Shown here: piece by piece, positions 41,197-51,021 of the stretch
Layout: every line of letters starts with the position of its first letter
Position numbering within the stretch: position 1 is the first letter of the stretch
Source: Acidobacteriota bacterium
GTDB lineage: Bacteria; Acidobacteriota; UBA6911; RPQK01; JAJDTT01
Length of the DNA: 64,000 nucleotides
NCBI GenBank assembly: GCA_965263035.1
Contig: OZ253580.1
Span: 5,216,001-5,280,000, forward strand
Reading direction: 5' to 3'
Program-made: the position numbers and the translations under genes
Notes under the pieces: model-generated
What the model was told of the DNA's origin: nothing
What the model saw: the letters and a program-made list of their open reading frames with translations, nothing else
Databases searched by the model: none

Positions 41197-42042
41197 CTAT
41201 TCGGGAGCCGGCTCCGGGTCCGGCTTGGAGTCGGTGGGAGCCTCCGGCACCGGTTCCGCCTCCGACTCTGGCGCTGGCTCCGGTTGCGGCTCCGGTTCGC
41301 CGACGACCTCTCCGAATTCAATCGAGGTCCCCACTTCGAACTTCTTGAAATTGGAATAGGTGATCAGCTCGCGGATATGTACGCGGCGCCTCTGTCTGAA
41401 GCGTCCGCCGAACTCCAGGATGTCGTCCGCCTCGCTCCAGGTGGGAAACCAGTACTTGCCATCGACCTGTTGCCGGAGAGTCTCGAAAGCCGGGAACTTG
41501 TTGTTACCCAAGTCCGGCACCGCTTTGCCCTTGGTCATCACGATCTGCAGGTCCACGTCGTCCACCCAGATCCGTCCCCGAAAGTAACGCCTGTTGCGGC
41601 GGATCCGCTTCGGTTTCACGTCAAACACGTAGCACATGAGTTCGTCCACCTGCTCCTCTCCCTGGTACTTGACCTCGTATTGGGGAAGCTCCTCCGTGGT
41701 CAGTGCGAAGGGTTGCAGGTTGAGAGCGTCGTCCAGATCTTCTCGAGTCAGTATCAACGATTCGAGTTTCCCCCGGTCGTCGACGATGCGATGTTGGCGT
41801 TCCCCATCGCTGGTGAAAAAAATCTCGATGGTCATCTCCCGCTGCTCACGCACCCGGCCGGTACGGGTCAGGACCTGAAAGACAATATGTTGAGAGTAGG
41901 TGTACTGTTGCCAGACTTGGCGGAATTCCGACTCCTTCCGAGCGAACCGTTGAATGATCTCCTGGGGATCCACCTTGGCTCCGGCCCCGGAACCTGTGGC
42001 GAGGAACATAAGGAACGGCAATATCGGAGAAGTTCTCTTCAT
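41197..42042 (-). CDS. Secreted hypothetical protein (LolA/MucB-like fold possible) with Pro/Glu-rich tail
   Basis: Signal peptide; CYVFDVKP..YFRGRIWVD; EPEPQPEP tail. Confidence 0.7.
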   Translation of the reverse strand: MKRTSPILPFLMFLATGSGAGAKVDPQEIIQRFARKESEFRQVWQQYTYSQHIVFQVLTRTGRVREQREMTIEIFFTSDGERQHRIVDDRGKLESLILTREDLDDALNLQPFALTTEELPQYEVKYQGEEQVDELMCYVFDVKPKRIRRNRRYFRGRIWVDDVDLQIVMTKGKAVPDLGNNKFPAFETLRQQVDGKYWFPTWSEADDILEFGGRFRQRRRVHIRELITYSNFKKFEVGTSIEFGEVVGEPEPQPEPAPESEAEPVPEAPTDSKPDPEPAPE

Positions 42043-42094
42043 AACACCAAATTGGATGCATCGCCGCCCGAAAAGGGTCTCGATAAATTCCACT

Positions 42095-43081
42095 CTAACT
42101 CTCCTGGGGAGGGGTCTTCAACAGGGAAAGGACCTCGTCCAAGGGAGGGATTCCGGCCCTGGCGCCGACGCGTGTGCAGGAGAGGCTGGCGGCGGCGCCC
42201 GCAAAGAGGAGGCAACGCTCCACGCTCCAGTCCTGGAAGAGACTGTAGATGAACGCACCATGAAAGACGTCGCCGGCCCCGTTGGTATCGATGGGACGAA
42301 CCGGGAATGCCGGGAGCTGGAAAATCCGGTCGTTCCAGATTGCGGCGGTCCCCTTCCGGCCCCGGGTCATGGCCACGAAACCGCGGCTCCGCCGGGCCAG
42401 TTCCCTCAATCCCGACCTCCAGTCCTCATATCCGGTGAAATTCCTGACGAATGCCTCACTCGGGATCAGAAAGTCGGTCAGCCCGACGACCTCCTGGATA
42501 CCCGGTTGGACGTCGTCCACGTCCAGGGATACCTTCATTCCCGCCTCTCTGGCCCAGCGGGCAGCCTGGAGGTTGGCTTGCGGGTCGCAGCCGTCCAGAT
42601 GCAGGAGCCGGCCGGATACGATCCACTCCCGTTTCAGGTCTCCCTCCCCGTAGCGCAGTCTCCGATCCCTGTGCCATAGGACGGTCCTCTCTCCGGTGAG
42701 GCGATCGATCAGGATGATGCCCAACTGGGTGGTTGCATCGGGAACGATGCGGACGCAGGACAGGTCCATTGGCTCCCGTCTCAGGTCCTGCAGCGAAAAA
42801 CGGCCCAGATCGTCGCCTCCCACACTTCCGATGAATCTGGCCTTGAGGCCGTATCGTCCACAGAGCGCGGTGGCAGTGGCCACCGGTCCCCCGCCCAGCT
42901 TCAAGACGTCGTCACACTCCGTGCGGCTGCTATGGGCCGGGTATTGGGGGAGGAGGCACACCCAGTCCACCGCGTCCATCCCCTGACCGATCACGTGGAA
43001 GGACCTGTTGCGGGGCCAACGAATCTCGAACGAGACGCTATCAAGAGGACTGTGGGACGGTTTCGGAGTTGCGCCGGTCAT
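42095..43081 (-). CDS. PfkB-family carbohydrate kinase
   Basis: GGGPVATA, GSVGGD, DTNGAGDVFHG motifs. Confidence 0.9.
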   Translation of the reverse strand: MTGATPKPSHSPLDSVSFEIRWPRNRSFHVIGQGMDAVDWVCLLPQYPAHSSRTECDDVLKLGGGPVATATALCGRYGLKARFIGSVGGDDLGRFSLQDLRREPMDLSCVRIVPDATTQLGIILIDRLTGERTVLWHRDRRLRYGEGDLKREWIVSGRLLHLDGCDPQANLQAARWAREAGMKVSLDVDDVQPGIQEVVGLTDFLIPSEAFVRNFTGYEDWRSGLRELARRSRGFVAMTRGRKGTAAIWNDRIFQLPAFPVRPIDTNGAGDVFHGAFIYSLFQDWSVERCLLFAGAAASLSCTRVGARAGIPPLDEVLSLLKTPPQES

Positions 43082-43135
43082 CCGGGCGCGTTCCCGGTTA
43101 CGGTGGGCTGCAGGATATTCAAAACGGACTTCCGC

Positions 43136-43879
43136 TCAGAGCAGGCCTTCGTCGGCGAAACTGAAGTACCGGTGGGGACCGATGATAACATGGTCCAGAA
43201 CCCGGATCCCCACCACCTCGCCGGTGGCCACGAGTCGGCGCGTGATCTCACGGTCCTCCCGGCTGGGCGTCGTATCCCCGCTCGGATGGTTGTGAGCCAG
43301 GATGACGCCGGCCGCCGCTTCCTCGATGGCTGGCCGGAAGACTTCCCGGGGGTGGACCAGCGACGAGGTCAGCGTTCCCTCGGAGACTGTCACCAGTTTC
43401 AGGGTGCGGTTCTTCCCATCCAGGAGCAGAGTCCAGAAACATTCCTTGAGAAGTCCCGGGACCGAACCGCGAAAGTGCCGGTACACCTGGGCGCTGTTGA
43501 GTAGGGAATCGCCGGCCGCAAGAGGGACATTCTCCAACCGCTGGAAGAGATGGGCTGCGGCCAGGAGTGCCTGAGTCTGTCTCCGGGTCATGCCGGCTTG
43601 CCGGAGAAGGGAGTAGCTTGCCCGTAGCAGCCGGCGGGTCGAACCCATCAACTCCAGGATTCGGCGGGCCCGTATGAGGGCCTGTTGATCCGAGTCCGTG
43701 GGAGCGAGTACCAACGCCAACAGTTCAACATCCGAAAGTGAATTCCAGCCGAACTCGAAGAGTCGCTGCGCAGGTAGGAGATCGGCGCTTCCATTCATAT
43801 TCACTAACAACGATTCCGCCTGGCGATCGATGGGAAAAGATTTCGTGCGGAAATGCGTTTCACGCGGTTCGCTTTCCAT
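43136..43879 (-). CDS. radC: RadC-like JAB-domain protein
   Basis: LSDVELLAL, VHPREVF, HNHPSGD..PS.ED, LDHVII motifs. Confidence 0.92.
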   Translation of the reverse strand: MESEPRETHFRTKSFPIDRQAESLLVNMNGSADLLPAQRLFEFGWNSLSDVELLALVLAPTDSDQQALIRARRILELMGSTRRLLRASYSLLRQAGMTRRQTQALLAAAHLFQRLENVPLAAGDSLLNSAQVYRHFRGSVPGLLKECFWTLLLDGKNRTLKLVTVSEGTLTSSLVHPREVFRPAIEEAAAGVILAHNHPSGDTTPSREDREITRRLVATGEVVGIRVLDHVIIGPHRYFSFADEGLL

Positions 43880-44044
43880 GTCTTGTGGTGACTTGTGAGG
43901 GAAGGGGGATGGTGGTATGGTGGTTCCAACCTGAATGACCTGCTCATTCCAAATGGTCTGACCCGAACATCCGAAGGTTTATGGCGAGGTTCGTCTTGGG
44001 GACCGACCGGCGTCCGGCGGAGTTTCACTATTCAAGGAGTCCGA

Positions 44045-44353
44045 ATGAACAAGATTTTCGTTGGCAATCTGAGCTTCAGCATCAGTGAGAGCGCTCTGGA
44101 AATGTTTATCCGCGAGTTCGGGATAGAAGTCGAAGAGATTCGGATCATTCGAGATCGGTATACCGGACGTTCCCGAGGCTTTGGGTTCGTCGAGTTGCGC
44201 GAGAACCAGGATCTGGATGAAGCCATTTCCCAGTTGCACGGAAGGAGCCTGGAAGGGCGCGACCTTCGGGTCGACCGGGCCAACGAGCGCAGCCGAGGGG
44301 ATTCGGCCGGGGGCCGTGGGGACTCCTATGGGGACCGGCCGCGACGGTACTAA
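44045..44353 (+). CDS. RRM-domain RNA-binding protein
   Basis: AAGGAG RBS; RNP2 IFVGNL, RNP1 RGFGFV and a Gly/Arg-rich tail. Confidence 0.92.
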   Translation: MNKIFVGNLSFSISESALEMFIREFGIEVEEIRIIRDRYTGRSRGFGFVELRENQDLDEAISQLHGRSLEGRDLRVDRANERSRGDSAGGRGDSYGDRPRRY

Positions 44354-44394
44354 TAAGATTCCGAGGTGAACTTCACCCCGATGCTCTTCCCGCC

Positions 44395-45024
44395 TCAGGT
44401 TTTTTTCAGGCTCACCGATACTCCGTCCCGAATCGGAATCACGGTGGAGAAATACTCTTCGTTCTCGAAAATCAACCGCGTGTATTCCTGAATTCCCCGG
44501 ACGTTTTCGTCAGCGCCAGGTTCAAGAACCCGTCCTTGAACCAGGAGATTGTCGGAGATCAGTAATCCGCCCGGCCTCAACAAATTCGAGGCTCGAGCGA
44601 GCACCTGCGGATACCGCGCCTTGTCCACGTCATTGAAGATGAGGTCGAACGGCCCAGTGACCTGTCCCAAGGTCCGGAGGGCATCCCCCTCTCGAAACCG
44701 GGTGCGGCAGGAGATCCCTCCCCGCTTGAAGTAACTCTCGGCGTCCCGAAGATTCCGGGACGAGAAATCGGTCAGGGTGAGCTCGCCGCCAGGGCCCACG
44801 GCGGAGCCGAACCAGTAGCCGGAATATCCGAATCCCGAACCCAACTCCAGAATGCGTTTCGCTCCGCTGATCAGGGCAAGCTGAAACAGCAGACGCCCCA
44901 CCAGAGGGCCGACGATGGGGAAGGATTCAGCCGCGGCCCGAGACTCCATTGCTGTGAGGATCGAGTCTCGCGGGGGACAAGCCTGGAGCAAATACGCGTC
45001 AATGTCCGCCAAAAGCATGTTCAT
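44395..45024 (-). CDS. O-methyltransferase (class I SAM-dependent)
   Basis: ILELGSGFGYS, FDLIFNDVDK, GGLLISDN motifs. Confidence 0.9.
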   Translation of the reverse strand: MNMLLADIDAYLLQACPPRDSILTAMESRAAAESFPIVGPLVGRLLFQLALISGAKRILELGSGFGYSGYWFGSAVGPGGELTLTDFSSRNLRDAESYFKRGGISCRTRFREGDALRTLGQVTGPFDLIFNDVDKARYPQVLARASNLLRPGGLLISDNLLVQGRVLEPGADENVRGIQEYTRLIFENEEYFSTVIPIRDGVSVSLKKT

Positions 45025-45136
45025 CGGGATATGTTGGCATCTGGATGCGGTGTGGACAACCGTGGGATCTGAGGAGCCTACACACCGTTGGCGGTCCGGC
45101 GAAGTCGTCCGGGAGATAGGGGAGAGTGCGGACCAG

Positions 45137-45177
45137 GAGTCTGCGCGGTAGTAGATCAATTTCTGCGGCGCAGGCTC
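45137..45177. repeat. 41-bp miniature of MITE B (ends only)
   Basis: Reverse complement of both ends of 49006-49164 joined directly. Confidence 0.75.
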
Positions 45178-45181
45178 CTAG

Positions 45182-45291
45182 GAGGCTGCGCCGAGAACTC
45201 GAAAATTCACGATCCCGAAAAACCTATCTCCTTATAAATCAATAACTTAAATCTGTAGATTTGGACGAAAATCGCATTCTCGGACAGCCTC
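45182..45291. repeat. MITE-like element C flanked by CTAG
   Basis: IRs gaggctgcgccgagaa / ttctcggacagcctc. CTAG lies at 45178-45181 and 45292-45295. Confidence 0.75.
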
Positions 45292-47055
45292 CTAGGGAGG
45301 CGAGCCGGTGGATGGTCCCGGGAGGTCCATGGCTGAGGCCACCGGTGAAAAGATGGGATCATCCTCTCGCCAAGGGTGCCGACAGGGTTGCCGGCGTTGG
45401 TAAAGCGCGAGATTCTCCGCCAGGAGTCGCGCCAGGTCGAAGCGCCGATTCTGCTGCAGATCGGAAATCATGGCCCGTTGCATCTGGGCAGCCCGTTCAA
45501 ACTGACCCGTTTCGGCTAATGCCATCGCCAGAGTTTCGACATATTCCAGTTCCAGCTCGCCCTGGCCCTCAAATAAGCCTTTAAGGAGCTGCAAAGCTTT
45601 CATTCCGTTTCGGATCTTGTGCTCGGGCGAAGCGGCCAGCAACCGGGCCACGGCGTGCGTCATGTCGGCGTGACCTGGAAAAACCTGCAGCCCCTTCTCC
45701 AATATGGCCAGCGCCTCCTCATGTCGGCTCAGTTGGACCAGAGCCATCGCCCGCATGAAACGTGCCAGGACACCCATTTGTCGGATCTGCCCGCCCGTGT
45801 GGCTACCGGCCGGGGTGCGGCTACCGAAGCCGGAATCGAGTTCCATAACGGCCGTGTAGTGGGGAATGGCGTCGTCGTAACGCCGCAGACGCATGAGAAG
45901 ATTGGCCAACTGAAAGTGCGCCTCCATAAACCCGGGGTTGGCGCCAATGGCGCGCTGATAGTGTTTGGCCGCTTCCTCTTCGGACTGCAAACCCATCAAC
46001 GTGGTTCCCAGGTAGTAATGCAGCATGGGATTGCCGGGCGAGGCTCGCAACGCTTGAGCGTATTCCCGGACCGCCCCTTTCAGGTCCCCCATTCGGGCCA
46101 GTGCCGAACCCAGATCGGTCAGCGGAATCGGGTTCTTGGGATCCAGAGCCACCGCGGTGCGATATTCCTTGACGGCCTCGGCAAAACGTCCTTTTCCGAA
46201 AGCCCGCATTCCGCGGACCCAGTGGTGGCGCCAACCAGTGGTCAACTCATCCAGGGCCTCCATCAGGGGATCGGGATAACCTGCCGTGGCGTGGCCACGG
46301 CGGAGCCGCTCCAGCATGGCGACCCGTTGGAAGTGAGTCTGGGCTTGATCGAGTTCTCCCTGTTTTCGATAACTCATGGCCAATAGGTAGTGGATGTTAT
46401 TGACATCCGGTTGCAGCGCGAGAGCGGCTTCGAAGTAACGAATCGCTTCCCTCGTATCGCGCCTTGAGGAAGCAATTTTCCCCATCCCCACCAGGGCCGG
46501 CGCACAGGCTTCGTCCAGTGCCAGGGCCCGCTCAAACAAAGGCTGAGCCCGGGCATGCCGGTTCAGGCTGAGGTGGCCCTCGGCCGCGCCCAGAATGGCC
46601 GGCACGTTGTCGGGTTGGTGATCCAAAGCTCGCTGGTAAGCGGCGATGGACTGCTCGAGATCACCTTTATTCTTGTAGATGTGGCCCAGATAATAGGACC
46701 AGCGAAAGTCTGTCGGTGCCAGTGATTGTGCGTTGAGATAACACGTCTCGGCCGCTCCCAGAAAATCCTGGACGTGGTAGAGCTTACCCATCTGGCCGTG
46801 GGCCCGCGAGAGTTCCTCCCTGCTGACCTCTCCTGCTTTCGCCATTGATTCCAGCTCTGCCCGGGTGTCTCTTATTCGTTGCTGGGCGGCGGGCTCCAGC
46901 CGGCTCAAGTCCGGATGGGGAATCGGCCGGAGTGGATCACTCGAGTGGGGAACGGACGCGGATACTCCAACGGCCGCGGTGGGTAGGACGCCGAGCCCAA
47001 GGAGAAACAGGGCGCCGACGCGAAATCTGTTGAGGCGCGTCGGCGGATCACTCAT
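45292..47055 (-). CDS. Secreted TPR protein
   Basis: Signal-like N-terminus and many TPRs. The C-terminal domain is shared with 51022-53298. Confidence 0.85.
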   Translation of the reverse strand: MSDPPTRLNRFRVGALFLLGLGVLPTAAVGVSASVPHSSDPLRPIPHPDLSRLEPAAQQRIRDTRAELESMAKAGEVSREELSRAHGQMGKLYHVQDFLGAAETCYLNAQSLAPTDFRWSYYLGHIYKNKGDLEQSIAAYQRALDHQPDNVPAILGAAEGHLSLNRHARAQPLFERALALDEACAPALVGMGKIASSRRDTREAIRYFEAALALQPDVNNIHYLLAMSYRKQGELDQAQTHFQRVAMLERLRRGHATAGYPDPLMEALDELTTGWRHHWVRGMRAFGKGRFAEAVKEYRTAVALDPKNPIPLTDLGSALARMGDLKGAVREYAQALRASPGNPMLHYYLGTTLMGLQSEEEAAKHYQRAIGANPGFMEAHFQLANLLMRLRRYDDAIPHYTAVMELDSGFGSRTPAGSHTGGQIRQMGVLARFMRAMALVQLSRHEEALAILEKGLQVFPGHADMTHAVARLLAASPEHKIRNGMKALQLLKGLFEGQGELELEYVETLAMALAETGQFERAAQMQRAMISDLQQNRRFDLARLLAENLALYQRRQPCRHPWREDDPIFSPVASAMDLPGPSTGSPP

Positions 47056-48916
47056 TCCCGCTGACCATCCGGCCGCTGCCCGCCCGAAGTGTCGTATAGC
47101 GGTTCACGGGGAGATCGATCCACTCTTCCACACCGCCGCCGGGCCAGGAGACACGGACGGCTGCTACCCGGTTCCCGTTTCCCAGCCCGACCAACACCCG
47201 GGGATCGTTGGCGGAACCGTAGCTGCCGTCGGTTCTCACACGCCGTAGCAGGGTGAGACCGTCAGGGGAGACGACTTCCACTCGGGCTCCCAACATGTCT
47301 CGCGGGATGTCTCTCCCCAACAGTCTCAAGCCTAACCAATGACGGCGTTGCCCCACGTTGTTGATGAGCAGCCGGGCCGGGCCGTTGTTGTTGACGATCA
47401 GCACGTCCACGTCGCCATCGTTGTCGACGTCCCCAAAAGCGCCGCCGCGGCTAACCTCAGAGAGCTTGAATGCGGCACCACCCCGTACCGTGACCTCCTC
47501 GAAACGTCCGTTTCCCAGGTTGTGGAAGAGCTGGTTGGGCTGATGCAAAGGATAGGGATCTCCCAGTTTTTCCAGGGCCTCGATGGTCGCCACTTCCCCG
47601 TGCAAGGCCAGAATGTCCAGCCAGCCGTCGTTGTCGTAGTCCAGGAAGGCGGTCCCGAACCCGGTGTAAGGCATGCTCGCGACGCCCAATTCGGTCTCGA
47701 AGGTCTGGTCTTCAAACCATCCCTGGCCATTGTTGAGGTAGAGCGTATTGGTTTCCCGGATCAGGTGGGTAATGAAGAGATCTTCGTCGCCATCGTTGTC
47801 CAGGTCTCCGGCGTCGACTCCCATGCTGGCCTCGGTCTTCCCGTCCCGGTTCAGGGCGCAACCGGCCACCAACGCTTCTTCCCGGTAGCTGCCGTTTCTC
47901 TGGTTGATCCACAAGTGATTGGGACGTTGATCGTTGGCGACATAGAAATCGATCCAGCCATCTCCATTGAAGTCGGCGCTCACGACGCCCAGCGCGCCGC
48001 CGTGCCTGGTAGCTATCCCGCTTTGGGAGGAAACGTCCTGGAAGCTTCCATCCCCCCGATTGCGATAGAAGCGGTTGGACTGGGCCGGGTAACTGCGGGG
48101 TCCACAGTAGTCTATGGCCCCCGTACTGGAGTAGCATTTCTTGGGATTGGACAGGTCGTAGTCCACGTAGTTGCCCACGAAAAGGTCCAGCCAACCATCC
48201 CGGTCGTAATCCAGAAAGGAGGCACTCACGCTCCACTCATTATCGGCGTCGTCACCCATGGGGGTCTGGGTGAAGGTGCCGTTGCCGTTATTGCGATACA
48301 TTCGGTTCTTGCCGAAGTTGGTGACGTAAAGGTCGATCCAGCCATCGTTGTCGATGTCCCCCGCAGCCGCCCCCATTCCGTAGCCGGGCGAGACGATTCC
48401 GCTCTGCGCAGTCACATCGGTAAAGCGCAAGTTGGGCGTCCCGTCCGCGTTCAACTTCAGATCGTTTCGAAAGAGCCGATCACGGAGTGGTGGCTTTTCC
48501 GGCGGCGGAAAGAGGGCGTCGTCCAGTGTCTTGTCCGGTCCCAGCATCTGGCCTTGCACCAGGTAGACGTCCAGGTCGCCGTCGTTGTCGTAGTCAAGGA
48601 GGGCGCCCCCCGGGCCCATCATTTCGCAAAAATAATATTCCCCCGACATTCCATTGAAGTGACGGAAGTCGATTCCGGCAGCCTGGGCGGCGTCCACGAA
48701 CAAGTCGGTGCCGGCGTCCCCAGTCTTGGATGGGTGCACCCACGAAGTGCAGAATCCCAAGGTCGTGACACCGATCAGCAGGATCAGCCGGTTGAGTTGG
48801 AGTATGGGATGAGCGGAGGATGCGTTGTGAGTCGTGATCTCGGCAGTCCGTGGTGAAAGTCCGCGAGCACCGAGCCCGGTCCTGCGCCCGCCGGACCAGG
48901 CGCGATGAGGGAGCAT
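47048..48916 (-). CDS. CRTAC1-family protein (FG-GAP repeats plus ASPIC/UnbV); start uncertain
   Basis: Repeated DYDNDGDLD-type Ca-binding motifs, SMGVDAGD, GARV..GSYGS. Confidence 0.88.
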   Translation of the reverse strand: MLPHRAWSGGRRTGLGARGLSPRTAEITTHNASSAHPILQLNRLILLIGVTTLGFCTSWVHPSKTGDAGTDLFVDAAQAAGIDFRHFNGMSGEYYFCEMMGPGGALLDYDNDGDLDVYLVQGQMLGPDKTLDDALFPPPEKPPLRDRLFRNDLKLNADGTPNLRFTDVTAQSGIVSPGYGMGAAAGDIDNDGWIDLYVTNFGKNRMYRNNGNGTFTQTPMGDDADNEWSVSASFLDYDRDGWLDLFVGNYVDYDLSNPKKCYSSTGAIDYCGPRSYPAQSNRFYRNRGDGSFQDVSSQSGIATRHGGALGVVSADFNGDGWIDFYVANDQRPNHLWINQRNGSYREEALVAGCALNRDGKTEASMGVDAGDLDNDGDEDLFITHLIRETNTLYLNNGQGWFEDQTFETELGVASMPYTGFGTAFLDYDNDGWLDILALHGEVATIEALEKLGDPYPLHQPNQLFHNLGNGRFEEVTVRGGAAFKLSEVSRGGAFGDVDNDGDVDVLIVNNNGPARLLINNVGQRRHWLGLRLLGRDIPRDMLGARVEVVSPDGLTLLRRVRTDGSYGSANDPRVLVGLGNGNRVAAVRVSWPGGGVEEWIDLPVNRYTTLRAGSGRMVSGNE

Positions 48917-49001
48917 ACCGGGAGTATGTGAGCCGATAGCAACGCAGTCCGCGCACGATGCCGGGCCGGTCGAATGCCGTGACGACTTTTGCCACGGGAT
49001 G
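48844..49001. repeat. MITE-like repeat A, copy 2
   Basis: Similar along its full length to 38210-38369; right flank is CTAG. Confidence 0.8.
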
Positions 49002-49005
49002 CTAG

Positions 49006-49164
49006 GAGCCTGCGCCGCAGAAATTGATCTACTGCGAAAGCGGTAGAATCGGTCCATATTTCCTCGATTTCTCGGCGAATAGAACAACTATGCACCTCAA
49101 AATCGAGAAAATCCGACCTCGATTCCCCACTTTCTCGCTACGATCATTTCTACCGCGCAGACTC
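49006..49164. repeat. MITE-like element B flanked by CTAG
   Basis: 19-bp IRs gagcctgcgccgcagaaat / atttctaccgcgcagactc with 3 mismatches. Confidence 0.8.
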
Positions 49165-50814
49165 CTAGCCACCCTTGACTCGGAAGCTGTCTCCGACCTG
49201 AGTCCTGGTATCGTTGAGCTGATCCCAGGCTTCGACTTCCATCCGGTAGGTTCCGGGTTCCAGACCCCTCAGGTGAAACCCCTTGACCAGCACCAGTCTC
49301 TCCGGCGAGGAAAACTGAACCGACTCCCCGTTGTTGTCGGTGGTTTCGTGAATGAGGTCGCCGCCGCGGCTGATTCGGTAACGCACCTGCAAATTGGGAG
49401 CATTGGAGGATTGATCCAAACCGAAATTGTACAAGTGCAGGTAAACTGCCAGAAGAGACTTCGCGGAAAAGCTCTTGTCCATGCTGGGCCGTATCTTGAC
49501 GTCTCCCAAAACGAACATCTGGTTGTCTTCAGGCACCACGTCCAGCTTGCGGATGAAGTCGGAAAGAATGAGCGAACTGTTGCTTAGTTTCTCTCCTTCC
49601 TTCAAGCTCGGCGGAGGAATAATGGCTTGTTTGACGGCGCCGATGTTGCCGCTTCCGATGTCCTTCACGACCAGATCGAGTTTATAGCGGGTCTTGTTGT
49701 CCAGAATCAGGACTTTCTGGTACATCGATCGTCCCCGCAAACTTCTCTCCAGCACCTCCGGATTGTAGGAGATCACCAATTCATCTTCGAATTCCTGGAT
49801 CAGCTGATTGTCCAGGCTGGTGACGGCGCCATAGAGACCGATTCGAGCTGTATGCACATTTCCCTTGCGTTTGAAGGTCATGTCCTTGTTCTGGAGCTGC
49901 AGGGTGACGGGAACCAGAATCTTCTGCCGGTTGAGCCTGAAGTAGTCGCTTCGAGCCTGGAAAACGAGGTTCGAATAGCCGATGTTGACCTTCACCAACT
50001 CCCTCAGATCGTTGTACTTGATCTCCTTCGGGGCTTGTACCTTGGAAAAAATTTCGTAGCGGTAGAAGGGATTGTTTCGGAAACTGCCGGTGTTGTAGGC
50101 AGGGTTGTGCCGTCCCGGAGAAAAATAAGGGCGATCCTCTTTTCTGGTGAGACCCACCTGCTCGGCCCAGGTCAAGCCCGCTCCCGGCATGTGCAGCAGC
50201 GCATCCTTTTCTTCCGGATTGAGAGCCAGGTGGTAGTCCCCCGTGAAGGAGTCGTCCACGAATTCCAATTCGATGTCGTCTCCAATGCCGTCCAGGTGCC
50301 GATAGCGCCACCTTTCGAATGGATAGACGGTGGTCTCACCACCACCCTGTTCGAATTCACGGTCGTAGAAACTTCCTGCGGCATAGGACTCTATTTCGGC
50401 CGGTTCACCGTGAATGATGTAAATTCTGCCCCGATCCGAGCGCCATCCCTCTTTGCCGGAGTGGAAGCGCTCGTTGGCATAGGCAATCCGCCGATAGTGT
50501 TCTTCCTTGAACTCGTTGATCACCGTCCGGGGATCAGGGTCTCGCCGGCGCCAGAACTGTTCGATGAAGCGTTCCTTTTCGTCCTCCGTGGTCAGGCTTG
50601 CAAAAACAGACTTCTCCTCGTCCGCAATAATGTAGACGGCATCCCGTTCCAGCCAGTTTTTGAAATAGTCCTCACTTTCCTCACGTCGAACGTCGGGATC
50701 TACTTTTTTCTTTTCCGCCATCGCAGAAAAGGAAAGCCCCAGCGACAGAAGCATCAAAAAGGGAAGGAATAGATGGTGCACGGTTCTGACCCTTTGTTCC
50801 AATGGATATCTCAT
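49165..50814 (-). CDS. GWxTD domain-containing protein
   Basis: FIEQFWRRRDP, EEHYRRIAYANE, GWRSDRGRIYI.HG motifs; signal peptide. Confidence 0.9.
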   Translation of the reverse strand: MRYPLEQRVRTVHHLFLPFLMLLSLGLSFSAMAEKKKVDPDVRREESEDYFKNWLERDAVYIIADEEKSVFASLTTEDEKERFIEQFWRRRDPDPRTVINEFKEEHYRRIAYANERFHSGKEGWRSDRGRIYIIHGEPAEIESYAAGSFYDREFEQGGGETTVYPFERWRYRHLDGIGDDIELEFVDDSFTGDYHLALNPEEKDALLHMPGAGLTWAEQVGLTRKEDRPYFSPGRHNPAYNTGSFRNNPFYRYEIFSKVQAPKEIKYNDLRELVKVNIGYSNLVFQARSDYFRLNRQKILVPVTLQLQNKDMTFKRKGNVHTARIGLYGAVTSLDNQLIQEFEDELVISYNPEVLERSLRGRSMYQKVLILDNKTRYKLDLVVKDIGSGNIGAVKQAIIPPPSLKEGEKLSNSSLILSDFIRKLDVVPEDNQMFVLGDVKIRPSMDKSFSAKSLLAVYLHLYNFGLDQSSNAPNLQVRYRISRGGDLIHETTDNNGESVQFSSPERLVLVKGFHLRGLEPGTYRMEVEAWDQLNDTRTQVGDSFRVKGG

Positions 50815-51021
50815 TGAGTCTCGCCCGGTGCAATCTAGTTTAGGCAAGATCCGGTTGGGGATCAACGATACGAATCGACATGCATCGTCCACGATGACGT
50901 CGCCCCGACTTGACCGGCTTGTTCGTCAGGTCGCAGGATGGGCTCAGTGGCAGCAATCGTCAGCCAGATAGAGGCAAACTGCGCTGTCGGAAATCCCTGT
51001 GGCCTGAATGGGGGTAAGACG

